Positions 1 through 10,667 of a stretch of DNA of 64,000 nucleotides are shown one piece after another. Source of the DNA: a virus. The notes beneath the pieces are model-generated. The model was not told where the DNA came from, ran no database searches, and was given only the letters and a program-made list of their open reading frames with translations. Position numbers and translations under genes: made by a program. The stretch is taken from the IMG/VR virus record IMGVR_UViG_3300020438_004435; one strand, given 5' to 3'. Every line of letters starts with the position of its first letter. Within the stretch, counting starts at the first letter, position 1.

Positions 1-352
1 CTACCATACCAAAATCATTTAATTTACCAGTAGATACCTTCTCACTTAAATCCTTAAAAAAATCCTGATTCATTGGCACAGTATCATGAGTACACCATAC
101 TATAAATTCTACATCATCATCAATATTATCTATCATTGTTTTTGCAGCCCACTGCAATCCTCTATCCTGATTAGGAATAAATTTTATATTATGTCTTGCA
201 CATATTTCTTTACCCTTAGCTATCTCCTCTGGTTCTGATGCATCATCTATATTATATAATTGAAATCCTCCTAAATCTACATGTTTAAGAAATACCGATT
301 CCAGCATATCATAATTGTTTCTTGATGATAAATAAATTGCTATATTACTCAT
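1..352 (-). CDS. GT2-family glycosyltransferase, 3'-truncated by window edge (not in ORF track)
   Basis: Hand translation from ATG at 352: MSNIAIYLSSRNNYDMLESVF...YNIDDASEPEE...FIVWCTHD. It has a GT2-type DDxS and a DxD-like position, is open to base 1, and its start overlaps the stop of the upstream gene. Confidence 0.65.
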   Translation of the reverse strand, partial: MSNIAIYLSSRNNYDMLESVFLKHVDLGGFQLYNIDDASEPEEIAKGKEICARHNIKFIPNQDRGLQWAAKTMIDNIDDDVEFIVWCTHDTVPMNQDFFKDLSEKVSTGKLNDFGMV

Positions 353-1151
353 TGTTATTCTCCATTGTTATATCTTGCATATCTACACCATATAAACATG
401 CAAATATTTTGGTTGTATGATCTACCCAAACCTTATCCTTCATTTGATATTGTGCAATTCTACATTGCACTGTATCATTAATTTTTTCATCAGGTCCTAT
501 TGATGCGGCCAATTCTAACAATTCTTTTAATGTTTCGGTTTCTCCTATCAATCCACCTGAATTCAAATACTTAAATGTTGTGCCATGATCTTTACCTTTT
601 TCTTCATCAAATGCTTGTGTCTCATGCCAAGGATTTAATATTACATCAGATACTCCTTCCATACGTTGTGGCGTTGGATAATTATTTCGTTCTGCATTGA
701 ATAGTAATTTACAATCAGTATCACCATATAGTTCTTTATACCTATCCAATAATTCTTTTGGATGTCTTAATGTTAATACATCACTTGCATCTGCCCAATA
801 AACATATTTTGTATTTATTGTCCCATCATTGATTGCCTGCAAAGTATTTGTTACCTTTGCCTTCGAACCTTCCCAAAAATTCATTCCTTCTGGCCAATCT
901 AATACTACAATAGGATAATCATAATATCTCATAAATAATTCTAATACTGTTTCTTCATTACGATATTTTCCACCTTTCCATGTTACCACGGTAATATCAT
1001 GATCATCTCCAATAGACATTGGTGTTTGTGTTTTTATAAATTCCTTATAGACTGTATCATACGATCCACCTATTGTTCTTGATGCTTTGCCATTACCATG
1101 TAACATTAATGGCTTGTTTCCTGTTTCTTTTATTGTTACGTTAATTGCCAT
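345..1151 (-). CDS. PLOD/procollagen-type GT-A glycosyltransferase domain protein
   Basis: YVYWADASDV (DxxD), LLFNAERNNYP and FKYLNSGGLIG motifs are typical of PLOD/LH3-like GT domains. Confidence 0.6.
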   Translation of the reverse strand: MAINVTIKETGNKPLMLHGNGKASRTIGGSYDTVYKEFIKTQTPMSIGDDHDITVVTWKGGKYRNEETVLELFMRYYDYPIVVLDWPEGMNFWEGSKAKVTNTLQAINDGTINTKYVYWADASDVLTLRHPKELLDRYKELYGDTDCKLLFNAERNNYPTPQRMEGVSDVILNPWHETQAFDEEKGKDHGTTFKYLNSGGLIGETETLKELLELAASIGPDEKINDTVQCRIAQYQMKDKVWVDHTTKIFACLYGVDMQDITMENNNE

Positions 1152-2025
1152 AATTACTTTCTCCTTTTATAAAATTGTGTATATATTCTTCTAAATTTTC
1201 TTTTGCTTTCCACCCTAATCTACTGAATGTTTTATTATAATCTGCAAGAGTTACTTCGCCCTCTCCTCTTCTTAATGATATATATTTTTTAGGGTGATCT
1301 GTAAACATATCCGCTAATTCATTGATTGAATAATTTATTCCGCTACCTAGGTGATGTAATTCTGCAGGTTTGGAAAATTGTAATTCACTGACCTTAATTA
1401 AGCCATCAACTATATCATTAACATTAGTAAAATCTCTTCGTTGATTACCATCTCCAACTATTGTTAATGGTTCCCCATTTATATATTGTCTTTGAAATTT
1501 TCTAATTACTGTTGCATAATTGCCTGTCATAGGTTCTCTATTACCATATACATTATAAAATCTGCATATTGCACTTTTTAATCCATAACATTGTGAAAAG
1601 GTTTTAGCTACCTCTTCACCAGCCCATTTGGAAAATGTATACGGTGTTTTATATTCTCCATTATTAATTGAACTGGAACTTGAGTATATTAATTTTGCAT
1701 CTAATACTCTAGCTAATTCCATAACTTTTGCCGTACCTCCGCAATTGACATCTACATACTCTACTGGATCCTCGAAGCTTGGCTGTATTCTTGCTAATCC
1801 AGCTAAATGAAATATAACATTATAACCTCTTACAGCCCATTTATTATTTATATCCCTTATATCTTCTATAAAATATTTGACTCCATCATGCATATAATCC
1901 TTGCTACTAGATTCGCTGCTTAAATTATCTATAACATGTATCATTTCTGGATCATATATAGAAGCTAATTTATCAACCAAATTTGATCCAACGAATCCTA
2001 ATCCTCCAGTAACTAAAATTTTCAT
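1141..2025 (-). CDS. NAD-dependent epimerase/dehydratase (extended SDR)
   Basis: ILVTGGLGFVG Rossmann motif, YTFSK (YxxxK), RFYNVYG and GDGNQRRDF. Confidence 0.92.
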   Translation of the reverse strand: MKILVTGGLGFVGSNLVDKLASIYDPEMIHVIDNLSSESSSKDYMHDGVKYFIEDIRDINNKWAVRGYNVIFHLAGLARIQPSFEDPVEYVDVNCGGTAKVMELARVLDAKLIYSSSSSINNGEYKTPYTFSKWAGEEVAKTFSQCYGLKSAICRFYNVYGNREPMTGNYATVIRKFQRQYINGEPLTIVGDGNQRRDFTNVNDIVDGLIKVSELQFSKPAELHHLGSGINYSINELADMFTDHPKKYISLRRGEGEVTLADYNKTFSRLGWKAKENLEEYIHNFIKGESNYGN

Positions 2026-3053
2026 ATAATTCCCTTTATATTATTTATATATTGTTCCGTTGATTTATAATTTATACCACCTTCTATAGTGTTTAATATA
2101 AATTCCTCATCTCTCCCTTCATTATATTGTCTTTCAAATTCATCATAAATTGATTGAGTATCCAATTCCACCATACCTTTGTAATTATAAAAGCAACCAT
2201 CAAGGCCTGAATTCTTTATGCATATTGTTGGTATTCCTTTTTGAATTGATTTTAGAGCTAGGGTTGAAGGTGCAGATATAACCACAAATGAATTGCATAT
2301 CAATTCATTATCATCCTCACAATCAATTACTATATCATATTTTAATCCAGATGCAATTTTATTAATATAATTTATATCCAAATCAATATCTGGTTGATCT
2401 TTTCTACTTTTTAATTTGAATATAATATTTTTATCATATGCTTCCTGTAATCTTTTTATTCCACTTAAATTGATAAAATTTTCATCTACCTGGATATTAA
2501 ATGGGCAATGTCTATTACCAAGAAAATTTACTATGACCAATATATTATCCTCACTTAAATCATAATCCTTTAATTTATCATTTGCAGGTATACCTCCAGT
2601 AAGAAATTTTTTAGAATTTCCGTGTGGATGGTTAGAATGTAAATAAAAATCCTTAGATCCGAATAGTGATAGATAGTCCCAGTGTTTAATATCTCTTTCT
2701 ACATTATCAAGATCAAAATATCCATTACCTTCATAATTCGCTATGGTTGGTATGCCAGCTTCGCGAGCTATAGCAGATATTTCTTTCAGACCATTACGAG
2801 GTCTACAATCATCAAATATAATTAAATCATATAATTTAATATCGGGTAATTCGGTATATATCTTATCCGCATATGATTCATATAATTTATCGAATAATAG
2901 TCGATAATCATTATCTCCATACCAGGTAATATTATCCGACATTTGAGCTGTTCGATACAAATCAATCTGAGCATATTTTGATAACTCTGGAATGATTGGA
3001 TATATACGTTCACCTATTCTATATACGGTTGCAACTAATAAGATCTTTTTCAT
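2022..3053 (-). CDS. GT-B fold protein (glycerophosphotransferase / capsule-biosynthesis-like)
   Basis: C-terminal VISAPSTLALKSIQKGIPTICI resembles the GT-B ST..EA..G.P segment; lies in the glyco island. Confidence 0.45.
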   Translation of the reverse strand: MKKILLVATVYRIGERIYPIIPELSKYAQIDLYRTAQMSDNITWYGDNDYRLLFDKLYESYADKIYTELPDIKLYDLIIFDDCRPRNGLKEISAIAREAGIPTIANYEGNGYFDLDNVERDIKHWDYLSLFGSKDFYLHSNHPHGNSKKFLTGGIPANDKLKDYDLSEDNILVIVNFLGNRHCPFNIQVDENFINLSGIKRLQEAYDKNIIFKLKSRKDQPDIDLDINYINKIASGLKYDIVIDCEDDNELICNSFVVISAPSTLALKSIQKGIPTICIKNSGLDGCFYNYKGMVELDTQSIYDEFERQYNEGRDEEFILNTIEGGINYKSTEQYINNIKGII

Positions 3054-4221
3054 ATGTATTCATCTGTATTATATCAATTACTAAATTACCAATTTCGCCA
3101 TGAAATGTTTCTTCACCACTATCCTGTATTATTTCCGGCATCTGTTGTATAAATCCAAAATCCTCTTGTGTAAATCTACTACCATCAATTTGGATTAAAA
3201 TTTCATTTTGCTTTTCATTATCTAATGGATTAAACTTCTCAGATAAATTAAATGAAGTATTTTCATTTTCAATGTAATTTGCTGTTGCAAAATCACAATA
3301 TATTGAACTGCACCATGGTTCTAATAAATGTATAAGTTGTTTACTAGCATTAGTAATTACAAACCCTATATCATATTTTGGTGGAACTATTGGTTTAAGG
3401 AATGCATCATGTTTAACAAAATGTCCCCATTTTCTTATAAACTCTCTAGATGCCTTTTCATTTTGTTTTAACCATTCATCGGTTTCTCTATTCTTCATAA
3501 AGACTTTACCATCAGGATTCCTTTTTGCTCCATCAGCAAATCTTGAACCTCTGCATGTCATATGATATACACAGCCTTCCCATGTTTGAATAAATTTAAT
3601 TCCATTTAATTGGAATCTATTAAAGATGTCTGAATCTTCTTTTGATTGTGGAGCATATAGTGGATCGTGTCCTCCTATTTCCTGAAAGTCTTTTTTATAA
3701 AATGCCCAAGGTGCAAATATACCTTCCGTTGTTTTATGCATTCTTTCACTATCGGTTGCTTGTAGATATGAAAATAATTCATCTTCATTAAACTCCTCAG
3801 GTTCAATTCCACAATCCATCAATATCTTTTCAGGTCCTGGTGGATGTAATGGTGGTTCAATTCTTGTGAGGGAAACTATAGTTTTTGGTTTAAGATTCCA
3901 TTCGATTGAATCTAATGCTTTTGGACATAGATACATATCCGCATGGTATATCATACAAATATCATGACTAGCTACTTCATTAACTAATCTGTCATATAAT
4001 ATTGTATGACCCTTTCTTGTTGGACCATCATTTCTAATAGCCTTGAAATTAGGATCGGATTCCATCATTTGCTGACACCAATCCCATGTTCCATCATTTG
4101 AAAAATCATCGGCTACACAAATTTCTACAGTATGATTACCTTGATTTTTTCTTATTGAATTATAAGACCATTTAAGATACTTAAGATTATTTCTACCTGG
4201 TTGTATTAAACTTATTTTCAT
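3019..4221 (-). CDS. GT2-family glycosyltransferase with C-terminal extension
   Basis: ICVADDFSNDGT, YHADMY (DxD-like), IGGHDPLY and EDSDIFNRF. Confidence 0.85.
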   Translation of the reverse strand: MKISLIQPGRNNLKYLKWSYNSIRKNQGNHTVEICVADDFSNDGTWDWCQQMMESDPNFKAIRNDGPTRKGHTILYDRLVNEVASHDICMIYHADMYLCPKALDSIEWNLKPKTIVSLTRIEPPLHPPGPEKILMDCGIEPEEFNEDELFSYLQATDSERMHKTTEGIFAPWAFYKKDFQEIGGHDPLYAPQSKEDSDIFNRFQLNGIKFIQTWEGCVYHMTCRGSRFADGAKRNPDGKVFMKNRETDEWLKQNEKASREFIRKWGHFVKHDAFLKPIVPPKYDIGFVITNASKQLIHLLEPWCSSIYCDFATANYIENENTSFNLSEKFNPLDNEKQNEILIQIDGSRFTQEDFGFIQQMPEIIQDSGEETFHGEIGNLVIDIIQMNTYEKDLISCNRI

Positions 4222-5978
4222 TTTAATCCCTTAATTATTTTATTTGCTGCATTAACACAATTCCCTATTTTACCACTAAATAAAATAAAATTATTATCCT
4301 CCTTAGATACGATAGTAGGTCTTTCATCGGTTTTATCCTTATTAGGTAATACTGTTCTAATAGTATACATGGATCCAATATGTTCCGCTGAATCTATATC
4401 AGGAAAGAATGTTCTAGCTGATTCTATAAATCTATCCACATTTGTATATTTAGGATTTTTAATTACACCATTATTAAGGTATTCTTTATACACAGAAGGT
4501 ATTTCAGGTTTTAATCCTATATTTCTTACATGGATTGCATGTACAACATTTCCTGCTACATGATAATCAGTATTCGCATATGGATCAAAACACATAAATG
4601 GTCCATCCATTATTACTATACTTTTATTTTTATATTGTGTAGGTAATTTGAATATAGGTTTTTCACATAATTCAAATTGATAATTTGTATTTGTTTTTGT
4701 AACATTATTTAGATTAGCATACGTTGCATATATTATATGTTTATATTTTGTAGCATCTAATTTTTTAACTTCAGTATTAAGATTAGGCTGTATGCCACAA
4801 CCTTTTAATCTTTCGTAGCATATGCTTTTAAGAACGCCTGGATCATATAATTTTTCATTACACCTAATTGTTAAATCGCATCCTGGTAAAGGTTCAGTGA
4901 TCTCCCATTCTAATCCTGAATCATCTAATACCTTAAGATATTTCTCTGGCGTTACCATGCTTTCATTTGAAGCTATTCCATAATAATGTTCTGTGTCTTC
5001 AAGTGCACATTGTCCAAAATATCTAATAAATGAATCATGGCCTCGTTTGCAAGAGTCAATTGTATCTTTACTTCTAGGATAATGATAACCTCGATGCAAT
5101 CTATATTGATTTATACCAGATGCTGATTTCATTATATCATCTTCTTTATCATACAAATCAACAACATATCCAGCGTCACTTAATTTTATAGCTGATGTGA
5201 TTCCATAAATTCCGGCTCCAACTACAGCACATTTACCATACAGATTTTCTTTTACAAATTCGCTTAATTCCGTTGCAAATATACTTCTCTCATGATTATA
5301 ATCAAAATCTATTGTCTCATTTAATACATTCCTTAGCATTTGAAATAGTGCATCATTATCTTCATACTTTACTGAATCTACTCTTTCTCCATACCATTGC
5401 AAATTATATTCAAAATCGTATGTGATTATTTCATCCTCACTAAAGTCATAATCAGCATTCTTAACCCTTAAATCATATATAAGCTGAAATTGCTTATGTA
5501 GTGGTGTATTATAATCACCAATTTTTATTTTACAAGATTGATGACCAATTTGATCGTATATTAAATAAAAATGGTGATAAGCTATTCTATCAATTAGGTT
5601 TGAACCACCACTTCCCCATTTTTTATAGGTAAAATTTCTTAAATTAGGATCAGTATTTTGATGAGATAAAACATCATCTACATAAAATTTTGCTTTATGT
5701 ATTTTTGCAGTGGCAATTAAATCGTGTAAGGATATTCCTGATAATGTTCCAGGTTTTTCACAGAAGACATTTATGCCCCTTTTTAGAAAATGTTTTGCTT
5801 GCTCATAATGTAATTCGTTTGGAGTCGCAATTATTACCCAATCAAGATCTATAGTCTTAGTCCACCATTTATCTGTAGAATTGCATATCCATATAACCTC
5901 TACATCATCCATCATATTTAATTTGGATAATATTTTTTCACCGAATTTGCCGTTTCCTATTTGTCCTACTTTAATCAT
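4218..5978 (-). CDS. Fusion: Gfo/Idh/MocA oxidoreductase N-domain + FAD-dependent (DAO-like) oxidoreductase
   Basis: N-terminal GNGKFG...IATPNELH...VFCEKP. A second Rossmann motif VVGAGIYG is followed by ASGINQYRLHRGYHYPRS, and the C-terminus has SGKIGN. Confidence 0.75.
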   Translation of the reverse strand: MIKVGQIGNGKFGEKILSKLNMMDDVEVIWICNSTDKWWTKTIDLDWVIIATPNELHYEQAKHFLKRGINVFCEKPGTLSGISLHDLIATAKIHKAKFYVDDVLSHQNTDPNLRNFTYKKWGSGGSNLIDRIAYHHFYLIYDQIGHQSCKIKIGDYNTPLHKQFQLIYDLRVKNADYDFSEDEIITYDFEYNLQWYGERVDSVKYEDNDALFQMLRNVLNETIDFDYNHERSIFATELSEFVKENLYGKCAVVGAGIYGITSAIKLSDAGYVVDLYDKEDDIMKSASGINQYRLHRGYHYPRSKDTIDSCKRGHDSFIRYFGQCALEDTEHYYGIASNESMVTPEKYLKVLDDSGLEWEITEPLPGCDLTIRCNEKLYDPGVLKSICYERLKGCGIQPNLNTEVKKLDATKYKHIIYATYANLNNVTKTNTNYQFELCEKPIFKLPTQYKNKSIVIMDGPFMCFDPYANTDYHVAGNVVHAIHVRNIGLKPEIPSVYKEYLNNGVIKNPKYTNVDRFIESARTFFPDIDSAEHIGSMYTIRTVLPNKDKTDERPTIVSKEDNNFILFSGKIGNCVNAANKIIKGLK

Positions 5979-7272
5979 ATAATTCTTTATATGTTCTTTC
6001 CATCCAATAACCTACATCCCTATCATTCGGCGGTATTGCATTAAAGTGATATATCCATCCTGCTTGTAAGAAATGGAGATCATCACTATACCAAGAATGA
6101 CCTGGTATATGTATTAAACTTTTCTTAAATAAATCTTGTAAATTATATGCTTCGGATAATATTGTTGTTTTTATATCATGCTTTTGTAACATAAAATTAA
6201 CAATTGTTTGACCTGTACTGGCTTTTATCTTATCTCTTAATACCTTTATCTCTTCACCGCTTTCAATATATAATTTTTTTAGTGTATCAAAAAATGGCTT
6301 GTGTTTTTCATTTGCGATAATAAATCCTGTATTGATATAGTTATAGGTTTTTATCAATGGCTCATTAGGAAATAATGATGAACCCCAATCTCTTACACTC
6401 CTCGTAACCCATTCATAACATCCATTATTTAATATGGCTGAATATTCATGGTTTGTTTCTTCAAAGAAATTAGGACAATCAGGATGTATTATTGTATCAG
6501 CATCCACAATTAATACCTGGTCATAATTAATTTGATTATGTTCCAATATATCAAATACCCATTCACGTTGCATAATTATAGGAAATACATCTGGATCCAT
6601 TATAGGTTCGGTCCATTCCAATAATAATACACCATTTTTATCACACCAATGTTTCCAACTCTTTACTGAATAGTGATATGGAGTTGCTCTTTTATTTCCT
6701 AAATCAATATTAGGAATAAATACTACATTTTTTTTCATATTGTTATTTAATTCTTTTACAAAATTATCCAATTCATCAGGTTTTACTTTTGCATTATGTT
6801 TTGATATAGAATTATAATCCTTAATATCATAAACACTTTCTAAATCTATAAGACTAGGCTTGCCGTCGATCATTACTATATTATGTGGCACAAGATCATA
6901 AAAGAACATACCACTTTCCTTAATCCTATTCTTTAATATACTAAAAAAATCCTTAGGAATCAAGTGATAATCGAATTCATTTGCGGATAATAATGGTCCT
7001 TCTTTAGTAACATATCCAACTAATAAATCCTTATCATAAATTAAACCGGTTAACGCTGGTACTAATCCTTCAAAGAAATTAGCTTCAATAGCCATTCTAA
7101 AATTATCTATACGACAGTATTCAGGGTGAAAAATCTTGTAGTATAATTTATTATCTGAATCGTGATATACAGCCCTACCTTGATTTACACCATTTGCTAT
7201 TCTATTATACTTATCCTTTACACAATCAAATGTATCTAGGATTATATCTGTGAGTTGAATCTTTGTAACCAT
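5971..7272 (-). CDS. Fusion: kinase-like (APH/Kdo-kinase fold) domain + GT-A glycosyltransferase
   Basis: YYKIF, YDLVPHNI and LIDLES match kinase catalytic and metal-binding loops. Later come VDADTIIHP (DxD), NTGF and WIYHF. Confidence 0.6.
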   Translation of the reverse strand: MVTKIQLTDIILDTFDCVKDKYNRIANGVNQGRAVYHDSDNKLYYKIFHPEYCRIDNFRMAIEANFFEGLVPALTGLIYDKDLLVGYVTKEGPLLSANEFDYHLIPKDFFSILKNRIKESGMFFYDLVPHNIVMIDGKPSLIDLESVYDIKDYNSISKHNAKVKPDELDNFVKELNNNMKKNVVFIPNIDLGNKRATPYHYSVKSWKHWCDKNGVLLLEWTEPIMDPDVFPIIMQREWVFDILEHNQINYDQVLIVDADTIIHPDCPNFFEETNHEYSAILNNGCYEWVTRSVRDWGSSLFPNEPLIKTYNYINTGFIIANEKHKPFFDTLKKLYIESGEEIKVLRDKIKASTGQTIVNFMLQKHDIKTTILSEAYNLQDLFKKSLIHIPGHSWYSDDLHFLQAGWIYHFNAIPPNDRDVGYWMERTYKELYD

Positions 7273-8162
7273 GCTTCTTCTTTATAGTGTTGTTCATAAT
7301 TAAATTTAGTTATTTTAGAACATTGTCTATAATATTCCTTATCTTTTAAGTCATGTGCTATCTGTTTCGCGCGCTCTAAATCTCCTACATCAACTGTAGT
7401 TGAAGGATGGCATAACTCCTGAGTATCCAGCCCTTTATACCCTATACAAGGTATACCTAGATATGCACAATTAAGAGCAAATGTGCCTGCTGCATGAGTT
7501 CTCATTAAATGTACACCATACTTTCTTTTACTCAATTCTGCTATCCAATACATCCAATTCATGTAAGGTAAGTGATTAAGATTTTCCATTTGCTCTTCAC
7601 CATCTATCTTTCTACCCATACTTGGAACACAAATCTCCTCATCAAATTCCTGTGCTACAATATAAGAATCGAATCCACCATACCAATAACAAAAATTGCC
7701 TCCCATCATAACACCATTACCTGTATTAATAGGTAAATCTTTAACAGTATCTTCTATCATTAAGCTACGCATTACTTTACAATCCTTGCCAGTAAGTCCT
7801 CTAAAATATATTGCATCGAGTTCATTATGTACAAAGAGGAAATCCATTTCTTGTAATGTATTATAAAACCATATTTGTTGGTCTAAGGGATAATCCTGAA
7901 AATACCAGTGAGGTCCTTCCTGCATTGATGCAACCTGTTTACAGTGATTCCTAATTCTTTCTACATTAAATTGAGGATTCTTCTTAGGTATAATACAAAC
8001 TGCTAGATCATACTCACCATCAATTTTACCTCCATGTATATTATAATGATCAGCTTGTAGTGCACACATCCAAGCCATTTCCGTTCTCATGTTAGGGTTA
8101 TCTCTAGATACCTTTCCTGACCAATTTCCTTCTGTAAAAAATGCTATTTTCATAATCCCCAT
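7242..8162 (-). CDS. GT-B-like glycosyltransferase
   Basis: C-terminal AAGTFALNCAYLGIPCIG resembles the GT-B nucleotide-sugar-binding helix. Confidence 0.55.
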   Translation of the reverse strand: MGIMKIAFFTEGNWSGKVSRDNPNMRTEMAWMCALQADHYNIHGGKIDGEYDLAVCIIPKKNPQFNVERIRNHCKQVASMQEGPHWYFQDYPLDQQIWFYNTLQEMDFLFVHNELDAIYFRGLTGKDCKVMRSLMIEDTVKDLPINTGNGVMMGGNFCYWYGGFDSYIVAQEFDEEICVPSMGRKIDGEEQMENLNHLPYMNWMYWIAELSKRKYGVHLMRTHAAGTFALNCAYLGIPCIGYKGLDTQELCHPSTTVDVGDLERAKQIAHDLKDKEYYRQCSKITKFNYEQHYKEEAWLQRFNSQI

Positions 8163-9787
8163 TGCTCCTTAGATAATTGATTCCATGGATAACCTAATTC
8201 ACTATTCATGTCCATAAATTCGGTAATTCCTTTCCAATCCTTCTTATCCGAATCTCTATCCTTTCTTTTTTTCCTAAAATAAAATCTAGGTTCCAAGAAA
8301 TTAATTCCATCTATATTAATTGAAAAATCATTTATTAATTCCTCTTCATTTGTTGCACCGAAATGCATAAATTTACCTTTACCTTTTTCAAAAATTTCTA
8401 TATTATTATCCAATCTCATAAATGATTCATTGCCATTAAATAATTCATTTCTAATCTTTGAACTTATAATAATATCAATATCATCATTTTTTCTAATGCC
8501 CATTAATGCTAATATACCACTTTGAGTGATAGTAAATTCTGAAGCTGGTATGCCAAGGTTTAATACCTCTCTAATACCATATACATTATGAGATAATGGT
8601 TTTATGCGATGCTTACCATCCTTAATTCGAGGCTTATCATATATTTTATCCTTTTCCATATAGAAAGGAATATATTTTTTACCTTGTATTAATCTACCAA
8701 TCATAGCATAAGCTCTATGCATACTATGTCTAATATAACCATTATCAAATTCAGATGGTGTGTTAATTAAAAATTCTTCTAATTCCTTATCGGTCATATC
8801 CGTTAAACCATTATAATAATCAGCTGTTAATTTATCCCATCCTAATTTATGATGATCTGCTACATCCTTCTTAAATCCAGCCATCATGCAATTAAAATAT
8901 TGCCAATTATTAGGATTCAATTTTGATTGAATATCTTCTACATTCTTATCATCCTTCCAATATTCTATAACATCCTTTGTTGTTTTTAGTTCACCATTTT
9001 TATGACAAATTTCTTTACCACCTCCACCTGGTTGAACCTCCATCTGTAAAAAATAATCCAAATTTATTGGCTCGTATATTTTTATATCCTTTTTCTTTTT
9101 ACCTGTATGAGCTCCCATATTAAGAAAATATTTATTATCTCTAGAATCTCCTGGTAGATAATTGTATTTGAATTCTTCCTTCCACATCGCATAATTAAAT
9201 CCTAATTGATCCCTCTTACTACCATATGATAATTCCTTCCACCATCTTTCCATTGCTGATATACAATCAGATTCATTATGTCTTCTTAATACTTGCATGC
9301 TTACCGCTAATCCTGTTGGTCCTTCAAAATCATCCTGAATATATCTATTCATTTGATCTATCATGGTTTGAGGATCATCCTTAAAATTACCATTCCTTTT
9401 ACCTAATTCTAGAATAACCTGGGCTTCCTTATAAACACAATCCCTAGGATCCAAAATGTTTTGTGCATGGTCTGGTATAGCTAAATTTGCATCATCGAGC
9501 CATTCGGCTATCAATTCATTGATATCATCTCTTACAGTAATATTGCCATCAATCCATATACTATATTCATAATCAGGAAACCATCTATGAGGTAATATTT
9601 TATACTTTCTCGCATTCCGCGTTGAATCTTCATATATTGCTGGAACCTTTTTTATATCCCATATATCGGATTTAATATCCGAATCGGTAAAGCATACAAA
9701 GTCTGCATTGTCAGGAACAAATGTAGGATCTGTTACACTATCATAGCCACCGAATATTGCAGTGTATATTATTACATTCTTTTTCAT
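8150..9787 (-). CDS. Multidomain protein: DUF616-like GT + unknown domain + nucleotidyltransferase-like C-terminus
   Basis: IYTAIFGGYD, CFTD, SIWIDGN, RDCVYKEA and RDQLGFNY fit DUF616/TOD1-like GTs. The C-terminus has SGILALMGIRKNDDIDIII. Confidence 0.65.
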   Translation of the reverse strand: MKKNVIIYTAIFGGYDSVTDPTFVPDNADFVCFTDSDIKSDIWDIKKVPAIYEDSTRNARKYKILPHRWFPDYEYSIWIDGNITVRDDINELIAEWLDDANLAIPDHAQNILDPRDCVYKEAQVILELGKRNGNFKDDPQTMIDQMNRYIQDDFEGPTGLAVSMQVLRRHNESDCISAMERWWKELSYGSKRDQLGFNYAMWKEEFKYNYLPGDSRDNKYFLNMGAHTGKKKKDIKIYEPINLDYFLQMEVQPGGGGKEICHKNGELKTTKDVIEYWKDDKNVEDIQSKLNPNNWQYFNCMMAGFKKDVADHHKLGWDKLTADYYNGLTDMTDKELEEFLINTPSEFDNGYIRHSMHRAYAMIGRLIQGKKYIPFYMEKDKIYDKPRIKDGKHRIKPLSHNVYGIREVLNLGIPASEFTITQSGILALMGIRKNDDIDIIISSKIRNELFNGNESFMRLDNNIEIFEKGKGKFMHFGATNEEELINDFSINIDGINFLEPRFYFRKKRKDRDSDKKDWKGITEFMDMNSELGYPWNQLSKEQWGL

Positions 9788-10653
9788 ATTAATTTCTCAC
9801 CCTTAATAAAATTATGTCCTATTGGAAATTGGCGCTGTATATCTATAACATCAGAATATCTAACAACCATATGATTTGTACCGCACTGATTACCTATATT
9901 AACCTTTGCCTTGGATTTAATATAAAGTTGTATACGAAAATTAATATGGCGTAAATTAAGAAGTTTTTGAATATTATCAAATGGAGAATTGTCTAGCGGT
10001 TTAATTGAATAATAAAAATAAGGTAAATTATATGATGCAATAGATTCCACCATTTTATCTGTATCATTTCTAAATGCTGCCTCATCATATTTACCATACT
10101 TTGTGCCAAATCTATCTGATATTAGTAATGTGGCAAAGGGTTTATTATGAGCATATTTTTTAATAATATAATCACCCATTTCCTTTTCCTCATCAGTCCA
10201 ATACATTTCAGGTTGGGAATCAATCATTTCAACATCATCGAATTGCCAGAATTTTAACATCTGTTCAACTAATGGTATATTAGGATTATCTATATCATAT
10301 ATCCTATATTGATCATGGAATATATCTCCATCCACTGAATGAATAAATTTATCTACATATGGATTATTTTTGAATATATGATATGGAGTTTTAATTTTCC
10401 TACCATAAATTATTTCCATCATATGTTCCGATGGAATATAAACCCTGCAATTTGGATATTTTTGTTTTAATAATCTTGGCATTGCGGAAAGAATCCCCCA
10501 ATCACCAAATCCATGTGCGGTTCTAAAAACAACAAATTCCTGATCGTGTAAATATTGATCAGGTATATATGCTGCATCATTGCTTGGAAATCCTAACTTA
10601 TCTGTTTCATTGACATCATATAATTTGTTGCCAACCAATCTTTGAAATATCAT
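9784..10653 (-). CDS. GT9 (heptosyltransferase)-like protein
   Basis: HGFGDWGILSAMPRLLKQKYPNCRVYI...NNPYVD is the GT9 N-terminal signature (GD...P....LK..YP). Confidence 0.6.
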   Translation of the reverse strand: MIFQRLVGNKLYDVNETDKLGFPSNDAAYIPDQYLHDQEFVVFRTAHGFGDWGILSAMPRLLKQKYPNCRVYIPSEHMMEIIYGRKIKTPYHIFKNNPYVDKFIHSVDGDIFHDQYRIYDIDNPNIPLVEQMLKFWQFDDVEMIDSQPEMYWTDEEKEMGDYIIKKYAHNKPFATLLISDRFGTKYGKYDEAAFRNDTDKMVESIASYNLPYFYYSIKPLDNSPFDNIQKLLNLRHINFRIQLYIKSKAKVNIGNQCGTNHMVVRYSDVIDIQRQFPIGHNFIKGEKLI

Positions 10654-10667
10654 AACCTTTGCCCGTT

